The notes below the pieces were generated by a model. That model made no database searches. It was not told where the DNA came from and was given only the letters and a program-made list of their open reading frames with translations. From Minisyncoccota bacterium (GTDB lineage Bacteria; Patescibacteriota; Minisyncoccia; Phycocordibacterales; UBA5272), in NCBI GenBank assembly GCA_043759615.1, contig JAYVLF010000016.1, forward strand, positions 1 through 29,454: a stretch of 29,454 nt of DNA. The letters are read 5' to 3'. Shown here in pieces: positions 1 to 6,494 of this stretch (positions are counted from its first letter, which is position 1; every line of letters begins with the position of its first letter). The translations under genes were made by a program, and so were the position numbers.

Positions 1-33
1 AAAAAAACGAGAACTACCGGAGCAGTTCTCGTT
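1..33 (-). terminator. Intrinsic terminator of hfq
   Basis: Perfect 10-bp stem (6-15 AACGAGAACT / 24-33 AGTTCTCGTT). On the minus strand it extends by G.U and C-G pairs to a c(UCCG)g loop and is followed by a U-tract running to position 1; 19 nt after the hfq stop. Confidence 0.85.
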
Positions 34-52
34 GGTGGGACCAGATATCAAA

Positions 53-304
53 TCATGAAGGAGGAGTCATCTCTTCCGTCTTTCCAGGCTTAAATTTAAT
101 ATCGCGACCTGGGACGATGGTGGATATCGCATGCTTGAAAACCATCTGGGTCACGGTGCTCTTAAGCAATACGACGTACTGGTCAAATGACTCTATCTGC
201 CCCTGCAGCTTGATACCGTTCACCAAGTAGAGCGAAACAGGGACGCTCTCGAGTCGCAACTGATTCAGAAATGGGTCTTGCAAAAGTTGTCCTTTGTTGG
301 TCAT
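53..304 (-). CDS. hfq: RNA chaperone Hfq (Sm-like), proteobacterial type
   Basis: 83 aa with [24 protein letters not shown] and FKHAIST motifs of Sm1/Sm2; strong SD upstream. Confidence 0.97.
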   Translation of the reverse strand: MTNKGQLLQDPFLNQLRLESVPVSLYLVNGIKLQGQIESFDQYVVLLKSTVTQMVFKHAISTIVPGRDIKFKPGKTEEMTPPS

Positions 305-308
305 TACG

Positions 309-317
309 ACCTCCTTT
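309..317 (-). promoter_or_regulatory. Shine-Dalgarno site of hfq (AAAGGAGGT)
   Basis: Minus strand reads AAAGGAGGT-CGTA-ATG. Confidence 0.85.
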
Positions 318-367
318 GAGTTAAATTATAAAAAGAGTTTTGGTTAGTAAGATAACTAATCTCTCTC

Positions 368-396
368 ATAATAAACTATTATCATACTTTTGTCAA
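368..396 (-). promoter_or_regulatory. Sigma70-type promoter of hfq
   Basis: TTGACA (396-391), 17-nt spacer, TATTAT (373-368). Confidence 0.7.
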
Positions 397-424
397 ATAA
401 AGAAAATGAAGATAAGGTCTGGGC

Positions 425-1393
425 TTACTTCCTTTTATTGTGGAACTTTTCCCACTGTTCACGGAGAAACTTGTTCGTAACATTCGTATATATCTGAGTG
501 GTGGCGATAGAGGCGTGACCAAGCATCATCTGTACAGTGCGAAGATCGGCACCATTGTATAGTAAATCAGTGGCAAAAGAGTGGCGGAGAACGTGAGGGG
601 TGCACTTCTTACTGATACCAGCTAGAGCTGCATACTTTTCGATTATCCTCTCGACACTTCTCGTGGTTAGCCTGACTGACTCCTGTTTCACTAGACGACT
701 CTGGGCGCGCGGAGAATTATCTATGATGAGAGCCTCATCTATATCAACTCTCTTGTTTAGATAATTTTTTATACTCTCTTTAGCAACATCACTGATGAAC
801 ACCACACGTATCTTTCCACCTTTTCCTCTCACGGATAACTCACTCACAGAGAGGTCTATATCCCGATCCAGTGCACAGAGCTCACTCACACGTAGCCCAG
901 TAGAGAAGAGTAGATCAATGATGAGTATGTCACGAAGATTGCCACCCTCACTCACACTTTGAAATAGCCTCCTCAGTTCTGCGTCGGTCACCAGATCCAG
1001 TTCACGCTGTGAAGTTTTGGCTAGCTCTATCTTTTCTGGGTCGTAGCATAGAGTGCCACGCTTTCGCATGTATTTTAGAAATGCCCGGAGAGCGATGAGG
1101 TGATAGTTCTGAGTTTTCTTGTCGAGAGTTTTCACATTCACACTGCTAGCTATTTTGTTCTGATTCTTCACAGCTCTCGCCCGTGAAGCTGATGTATTTT
1201 CAGATGGAAGTCTATTTAAAAAAAGTCTATACTCGCGCATCTTCCCATCAGTAATACTGTCGATATTCTCACTATCAAGAAAAGTTATGAATCTAGAAAT
1301 ATAGTGGTCATAGTTGCGAGCAGTGAGGCGAGATCTACCTTTTTCTATTTCTGTGTACTCGAGGAATTGATTTTTGTATTCAGTTAAGTTCAT
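425..1393 (-). CDS. xerC: Tyrosine recombinase, XerC/XerD family
   Basis: N-terminal SAM-like domain (FLEYTEIEKGRS...NY) and all catalytic residues: GLRVSEL (R), GKGGK (K), HVLRH (HxxR), LGH, TQIY (Y). XerC versus XerD cannot be resolved by eye. Confidence 0.9.
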   Translation of the reverse strand: MNLTEYKNQFLEYTEIEKGRSRLTARNYDHYISRFITFLDSENIDSITDGKMREYRLFLNRLPSENTSASRARAVKNQNKIASSVNVKTLDKKTQNYHLIALRAFLKYMRKRGTLCYDPEKIELAKTSQRELDLVTDAELRRLFQSVSEGGNLRDILIIDLLFSTGLRVSELCALDRDIDLSVSELSVRGKGGKIRVVFISDVAKESIKNYLNKRVDIDEALIIDNSPRAQSRLVKQESVRLTTRSVERIIEKYAALAGISKKCTPHVLRHSFATDLLYNGADLRTVQMMLGHASIATTQIYTNVTNKFLREQWEKFHNKRK

Positions 1394-1440
1394 GATGAAT
1401 ATGATTGTATTTAAATTATATCACAATGTCGTAAAATAAT

Positions 1441-1469
1441 TTGTATAAAAGCAATAAAAGGAATATAAT
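1441..1469 (+). promoter_or_regulatory. Sigma70-type promoter of orphan gene
   Basis: TTGTAT (1441-1446), 17-nt spacer, TATAAT (1464-1469). Confidence 0.6.
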
Positions 1470-1500
1470 CAGAGAAATTGCTCATTTTAATTTTATTTAA

Positions 1501-1508
1501 AGGGAGGA
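1501..1508 (+). promoter_or_regulatory. Shine-Dalgarno site (AGGGAGGA)
   Basis: GGGAGG ends 5 nt before ATG 1513. Confidence 0.75.
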
Positions 1509-1512
1509 TGAT

Positions 1513-2181
1513 ATGCCTAGCATTACAGCAAAAACTGCTATCGAGGCTAAATTGTTAAAAAGTATTTATGCGGGTGGAAACGTGATAAGAACAGAAGACC
1601 TGGTTTTAGATGTAAAAAAGATCATGACCCAAGAAGGGGATGTGTTAACTGCTGAGAAGATGGCAAAAGTAATTGGACTGGATATACCAACAGAGTGGTA
1701 TGAAGAAAGTTTACTAACTGCCGTATGCACAGGTGATTTATATGGGGCTACACACTCACTCGCCAAGATAAAAAGAGGGTTTGAGGCTAGTGAAACAAAA
1801 ATTCTTCTCGAGCAAATAATCACAAATGGAGATATTGTTGCATTAAAAAAATTTCAAACACATTCTGGCGAGGTCTTCCATTTGGCTGTTTGGCAAAATA
1901 CTTTACTAATCAAAACCGTTAAACTTTTATGGATAAAAAAATATAAGGAGCTTGGTCCGACAGTTCCAATTGAGAGATTTCACTCTGCATACAGATCTGC
2001 AGTAACAGGGTTTAAAATCAAAAGCAATGATAATCATGTTCTAGATCTCATAAAGAAAACTTTTATGGTCTTTAGTAACGGAACCATGTCCCAGTTTGTA
2101 TTTGCCTTATCACAGATGGAGACAAATCCTGAAATCATGGATATGGCTCATGAGATTGCGCAAGATTCTCCTATTTTTTGA
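1513..2181 (+). CDS. Hypothetical protein (orphan, predicted alpha-helical, no signal peptide or TM)
   Basis: 222-aa ORF with promoter, SD and terminator; no family recognised. Confidence 0.8.
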   Translation: MPSITAKTAIEAKLLKSIYAGGNVIRTEDLVLDVKKIMTQEGDVLTAEKMAKVIGLDIPTEWYEESLLTAVCTGDLYGATHSLAKIKRGFEASETKILLEQIITNGDIVALKKFQTHSGEVFHLAVWQNTLLIKTVKLLWIKKYKELGPTVPIERFHSAYRSAVTGFKIKSNDNHVLDLIKKTFMVFSNGTMSQFVFALSQMETNPEIMDMAHEIAQDSPIF

Positions 2182-2186
2182 GACCA

Positions 2187-2226
2187 CAACCCCGATTTTG
2201 CCTAGCAAAATCGGGGTTGCTTTTTT
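2187..2226 (+). terminator. Intrinsic terminator
   Basis: Perfect 15-bp stem CAACCCCGATTTTGC (2187-2201) / GCAAAATCGGGGTTG (2205-2219), then C and T6. Confidence 0.9.
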
Positions 2227-2235
2227 ATACTATTA

Positions 2236-2244
2236 TGTTATAAT
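2236..2244 (+). promoter_or_regulatory. Extended -10 promoter of rpsO (leaderless)
   Basis: TGTTATAAT, 7 nt before ATG 2252. Confidence 0.7.
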
Positions 2245-2251
2245 GTCTCAT

Positions 2252-2521
2252 ATGTTAACTACACGCAAAAAATTAAACGTTATCAAATCTGCACAGATTC
2301 ACGATACAGACACTGGTAGTCCAGAAGTACAGATAAGCATACTTTCGAGAAGAATCGACGAGCTTGCAAATCATCTAAAAACTCACAAAAAAGACAATCA
2401 CTCTCGCCGTGGTCTCATACAAATGGTTTCTGACAGAAGAAAACATTTGAAATATTTGCAAAACAACGATACTAAGAGATATAAAACTATCACTAGTACA
2501 CTAGGACTCAAGTCAAACTAA
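2252..2521 (+). CDS. rpsO: 30S ribosomal protein S15
   Basis: HDTDTGSPEVQISILSRRIDELANHLKTHKKDNHSRRGL motif. The 89-aa start at 2252 is preferred over the track's 2096, which runs through a terminator. Confidence 0.97.
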   Translation: MLTTRKKLNVIKSAQIHDTDTGSPEVQISILSRRIDELANHLKTHKKDNHSRRGLIQMVSDRRKHLKYLQNNDTKRYKTITSTLGLKSN

Positions 2522-2525
2522 TACA

Positions 2526-2562
2526 AAAAATAAAACTGCAACACTATTGCAGTTTTATTTTT
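2526..2562 (+). terminator. Intrinsic (potentially bidirectional) terminator after rpsO
   Basis: 16-bp inverted repeat AAAAATAAAACTGCAA / TTGCAGTTTTATTTTT with a 5-nt loop. Confidence 0.8.
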
Positions 2563-2643
2563 GTGTGTTATACTTTAGTAGTTAGTCAATTTTTATAAAG
2601 AAAGGATACGTAAGTTAAGTAATTTTAATACAAAAACAAAAAT

Positions 2644-3219
2644 ATGTCAGTAATACAGCACACTTCTCAAAGGGTTGCAGTTCTCATAGATACACAAAAT
2701 CTATATCATAGTGCCAAGAATTTATATAGTGCGAGGGTGAATTTTAACAATCTACTCATCGACGCCGTGGGTGGTAGGCAACTAGTTCGTGCCATCGCAT
2801 ATCTGATCACTACAGAGTCTCAAGATGAGGCACAATTTTTCGATGCGCTTCTCAAGATGGGAATAGAGACCAGACACAAAGATCTGCAAATATTTCATGG
2901 TGGATCAAAAAAGGCTGACTGGGATGTAGGTATAGCGATAGACGCTATACGTATAGCCAAGAAAGTGGATAGTATAGTTCTGGTTACAGGAGATGGGGAT
3001 TTTATCCCACTAGTTGAACACTTAAAGAGTGAAGGGGTGCAAGTAGAGGTAGTTTCATTTGGTAGGTCTACCAGCTCAAAACTAAAAGAAGCAGCTGAAG
3101 CATTCATGGATATGGATGAAGAGAGTAGTAGATATCTGCTTGGCTCTCACATGACAAAACCATCGATGATAAGAAAGTACAAGAAATCCACAAACAAAAA
3201 TCCAGATAGTATAGTATAG
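2644..3219 (+). CDS. NYN-domain (LabA/DUF88, PIN-like) putative ribonuclease
   Basis: VLIDTQN, K-x-DWDVGIAID and VLVTGDGDFIPLV acidic active-site motifs. Confidence 0.9.
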   Translation: MSVIQHTSQRVAVLIDTQNLYHSAKNLYSARVNFNNLLIDAVGGRQLVRAIAYLITTESQDEAQFFDALLKMGIETRHKDLQIFHGGSKKADWDVGIAIDAIRIAKKVDSIVLVTGDGDFIPLVEHLKSEGVQVEVVSFGRSTSSKLKEAAEAFMDMDEESSRYLLGSHMTKPSMIRKYKKSTNKNPDSIV

Positions 3220-3226
3220 TTAGTGG

Positions 3227-3811
3227 ATGGATGAGGACCCAAAGAAATCTAGTACACCTATCATACACACTCTAGAGAGCGATACTTTAGGCATGATACA
3301 AAATATTCCTGCTTCATATTCGTCTCCAGAGGATAATGTAGTCAGAACGAAAAAGATACTCATGATCATTGCTATTGGTATGCTTGTTTTGTTTTGCGCT
3401 CTTTCTGCATACTTATACTTTACTTTCATAAAGAAGCCCACCCCAGTAGTAGAGATCATAAACCCTCCTAGGATATACAAACTGGTTGATGTTCTACCTG
3501 AATTCAACAGCAAACTATCAACATATACAAACCTCGCCACCAGTACAGAAAGTAGTATCATTGTAGATATAGTAACCTTTGACAATGTCTATGCATATCT
3601 CATACAAAATGAAAGCACTTTTGGGCAAATACTCGCAAGTAAATTTAACCTTGGCTCTGTCTCAGAGTTCACAGATATAAACATACAGAACAATGATGTA
3701 CGTATAGCAGACGGAGAAACTGGGCTTATTGTTTATGGATATGTAGAACAAAAAAAACTAATAATCACTACTAGTATAGAAGAGTGGTTAAGGATAAAAT
3801 CCAACATATGA
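3227..3811 (+). CDS. Hypothetical single-pass membrane protein
   Basis: One TM helix (ILMIIAIGMLVLFCALSAYLYFTFI) followed by a soluble domain; TATAGT 6 nt before ATG; ATGA overlap with the next gene. Confidence 0.8.
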   Translation: MDEDPKKSSTPIIHTLESDTLGMIQNIPASYSSPEDNVVRTKKILMIIAIGMLVLFCALSAYLYFTFIKKPTPVVEIINPPRIYKLVDVLPEFNSKLSTYTNLATSTESSIIVDIVTFDNVYAYLIQNESTFGQILASKFNLGSVSEFTDINIQNNDVRIADGETGLIVYGYVEQKKLIITTSIEEWLRIKSNI

Positions 3812-5334
3812 AAGTAGCCAGAGTATACAGCGCGCAAGTAGTTGGACTCTCTGGTGCTATTATCAGTGTGGAGACAGACGTCTCTAGTGGAGTGTACAGT
3901 TTCACTATCGTAGGACTACCAGACAAAAGTGTAGATGAGGCCAAAGAGCGTGTGCATGCAGCCTTGAAGAACAGTGATTTTGATAGTCCAAAATCTCGCA
4001 ATCATAAACTCACTGTCTCTCTGGCTCCGGCAGATATAAGAAAAGAGGGACCTGTCTTTGATCTGGCCATAGCTATCTCATACTTGGTGAGTGTAGGGGA
4101 TATCAAATATGACAAGATAAATGAGTGCATATTTGTAGGTGAACTATCTCTTATGGGTGAGATGCAAAAGATAAATGGAGCACTCGCTATCGCTCGCGCC
4201 GCCCACTCTGCTGGATACAAAAAACTTTTCCTGCCAAAGATAAACGCTCATGAAGCAGCTCTGATACGTGATGTAGAAGTGTATGGAGTTAACAATATCA
4301 AAGAGGTAGTTGAGTTTTTGCAAGGTAAAGTAGAACTCGATAGAGAGCCTCACAAAGTTCCGACTGCGAACAAAAACTTTTATCCTGATATCAGTGAAAT
4401 ACGTGGACAATTCTCAGCCAAAAGAGCTCTCGAAATAGCCGCTGCTGGTGGGCACAATATTTGTCTTTATGGGCCACCAGGTACAGGTAAAACTATGTTA
4501 GCAAAGGCTTTTACTGGCATACTCCCGCCGCTGTCATTTGAAGAGTCTCTAGAAGTTACTGGCATACACTCTATAGCAGGGGCGACAACTGATATCGTAT
4601 CTTATCCACCTATGCGCGCACCACATCATACTAGTAGCTATGTCTCTATTATAGGTGGTGGATCAGTACCAAAGCCTGGAGAGATAACTCTAGCCCATCG
4701 TGGTGTATTGTTTCTCGATGAGTTTCCTGAGTTTGAAAAGAAATGTCTCGAGAGCCTTCGTGAACCTTTAGAAGAAGCTCATGTCCGCATATCCAGGGCG
4801 AGAGGGTCAGAAGTTTTCCCAGCCAGATTCATACTTGTCGCAGCCATGAACCCTTGCCCGTGTGGCTATGCTGGATCACGCATAAAACAGTGCACATGTA
4901 AACCCGGTGATATAGAAAGATATCAGAGGAAAATATCAGGACCGATAATGGATAGGATTGACCTGTGGACCTTTGTCCAACATCTCCCATACGAAGAACT
5001 GAGCAAAGAGGTGGAGAGCAAAAATGAATCTGACGCTTTGCAAGAGAAGATAAAATCAGCTCGTAGTTTTGCAAAAACTAGAAATGAAAAGCTAAATATA
5101 AAAGATAAACTAAATAGGGAGCTGAGTCCAAAAGAAATATCAATAGTCGCGAATCTGAGCGGGGAAGAAAAGACAATACTGAACAACCTAGCTACACAAT
5201 TCATGATTTCTCCTAGAGCATATCACAGGGTGCTTCGTGTAGCACGTACCATCGCAGATCTAGAGGGTAGTGAAAAGCTGAATCAAAATCACATCATAGA
5301 AGCTTTCCAATATCGTCCAAAACTAAATGCTTAG
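3808..5334 (+). CDS. comM: YifB/ComM family Mg-chelatase-like AAA+ ATPase
   Basis: N-terminal Lon/ChlI-like domain (FTIVGLPDKSVDEAKERV), Walker A GPPGTGKT, PGEITLAHRGVLFLDEFPEF, MNPCPCG..CTC, RVLRVARTIADL. Start placed at the ATGA overlap (3808). Confidence 0.93.
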   Translation: MKVARVYSAQVVGLSGAIISVETDVSSGVYSFTIVGLPDKSVDEAKERVHAALKNSDFDSPKSRNHKLTVSLAPADIRKEGPVFDLAIAISYLVSVGDIKYDKINECIFVGELSLMGEMQKINGALAIARAAHSAGYKKLFLPKINAHEAALIRDVEVYGVNNIKEVVEFLQGKVELDREPHKVPTANKNFYPDISEIRGQFSAKRALEIAAAGGHNICLYGPPGTGKTMLAKAFTGILPPLSFEESLEVTGIHSIAGATTDIVSYPPMRAPHHTSSYVSIIGGGSVPKPGEITLAHRGVLFLDEFPEFEKKCLESLREPLEEAHVRISRARGSEVFPARFILVAAMNPCPCGYAGSRIKQCTCKPGDIERYQRKISGPIMDRIDLWTFVQHLPYEELSKEVESKNESDALQEKIKSARSFAKTRNEKLNIKDKLNRELSPKEISIVANLSGEEKTILNNLATQFMISPRAYHRVLRVARTIADLEGSEKLNQNHIIEAFQYRPKLNA

Positions 5335-5350
5335 TATATTAGGTCAGAAA

Positions 5351-6388
5351 TTAGAATGGGTTTTCTGCTCCACGTATCTCAAAGTGAAGATGTGGACCAG
5401 TTGACTTACCACTATTTCCTGATCCTCCGATAACTTGACCTTGGACAACCCTATCTCCCGCACTCACGTTGATATTATTCATATGACCGTATACAGTCTG
5501 AGTTCCATTTGGATGCGAGATGATCACCATCTTACCGTATCCACCATTGTAACCTGTTTCTTTGGCTGCCAATATAACACCATCTGCCGCTGCCAGTAAC
5601 GGAGTTCCGACTGAGACACCGATATCTACAGCATTGTGTCCGTGTATGCCTTGAGTTTTTGTTCCTCCGATGAGAGGGCGCATATAATATCCCGCAGTAT
5701 TACTAACAAGATATCTTTTAACTTTTGCTTTGACGCTAATTATAGGCTTTTTAATTGGAGCTTCGTCGACGATTTCCCCATCTGGGATAATGATCTCGTC
5801 TCCGATCTCTAGTCCATCACCCATAGCGAGAGAGTTAAAATCAGAGATATTCTCTACATCAGCTTTGTACTTTTTGGCTATAGTTTTTAATGTATCACCC
5901 TTTTTAACTGTATATTTTACTCCAGAAACAGGGAGTATAAGTATAGAATCTCCCTCTTTTATGCTTTTGCCTTTTAGGTCATTCGCCCAGATTATCGTAT
6001 TTTTTGAGACATCATAGAGTTTTGCTATGTCACCTATAGTATCACCCTTTTTAACCTCATAGACTGAGATTGAGTCGTTTTGGGGGACCTCTTCCTCAAA
6101 GTCAGCACGCATTAGTCCTACAGAACTTTTAAGCGTACCGTCTTTTGACGCTGGGGTTATCGTACTAGTGTCGTAGGCACGGAGAACAACTTCATCGTCA
6201 TTCCTGGTTATGACATTGTAACTTTTATCCTTACTTATAAGGGTTTTTATGGAGAGAAAGGCGCTAGTAAACATGTTGGCGTGAGCTATATTTTGAGAAG
6301 TTTCGACAAAAAGGAAGATGGCGACAAAAAGGCCAGCAGATAGGAATTTGAAACTTTTCTTATTTGAATGAGGTTTTTGTACTATCAT
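5351..6388 (-). CDS. LysM-containing M23 family peptidoglycan endopeptidase
   Basis: N-terminal signal/anchor, two LysM repeats (YEVKKGDTIGDIAK; YTVKKGDTLKTIAK), Zn motifs HNAVD (HxxxD) and HLH. Confidence 0.93.
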   Translation of the reverse strand: MIVQKPHSNKKSFKFLSAGLFVAIFLFVETSQNIAHANMFTSAFLSIKTLISKDKSYNVITRNDDEVVLRAYDTSTITPASKDGTLKSSVGLMRADFEEEVPQNDSISVYEVKKGDTIGDIAKLYDVSKNTIIWANDLKGKSIKEGDSILILPVSGVKYTVKKGDTLKTIAKKYKADVENISDFNSLAMGDGLEIGDEIIIPDGEIVDEAPIKKPIISVKAKVKRYLVSNTAGYYMRPLIGGTKTQGIHGHNAVDIGVSVGTPLLAAADGVILAAKETGYNGGYGKMVIISHPNGTQTVYGHMNNINVSAGDRVVQGQVIGGSGNSGKSTGPHLHFEIRGAENPF

Positions 6389-6422
6389 CGTATGACTGAT
6401 AAATCAGCCGAATAGATACCCA

Positions 6423-6445
6423 TAATACACAATATATGTGTACAA
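6423..6445. promoter_or_regulatory. Inverted pair of DnaA-box-like 9-mers in a divergent promoter region
   Basis: TAATACACA (6423-6431) and TGTGTACAA (6437-6445), each one mismatch from TTWTNCACA. The second is identical to the first oriC box. Confidence 0.35.
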
Positions 6446-6494
6446 AGCAAGCTCTTTTATTCACTTATTGTTGTATAATAATATTAACAAACAC

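Noticed and set aside
33-43. Minus-strand TGGTCCCACCA between the hfq stop and its terminator, resembling a tRNA 3' end (possible att relic)
   Set aside because: Only 11 nt, no T-arm (no TTCG/A) upstream and no matching copy in the window; cannot be distinguished from chance without the genome's tRNA set.
1-2226. Integron interpretation (tyrosine recombinase plus cassettes whose hairpins have AAC...GTT at the base)
   Set aside because: The hairpins are short (about 30 nt), perfect and followed by U-tracts, unlike attC sites; RYYYAAC/GTTRRRY boxes are not met; the recombinase lacks the long IntI-specific insertion.
2216-2243. dif-like TATTATGTTA (similar ATATGTTAAAA at 15642 and 22293)
   Set aside because: No XerC-arm match; each is fully explained as an extended -10 promoter, and dif is expected at the terminus rather than near oriC.
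2096-2251. N-terminal extension of the rpsO ORF in the track
   Set aside because: It overlaps the upstream gene and crosses a terminator; S15 homology starts at MLTTRKK.
3206-3220. (ATAGT)x3 tandem repeat at the NYN stop
   Set aside because: Too short for a CRISPR or contingency locus; it overlaps the stop codon and a -10-like TATAGT.
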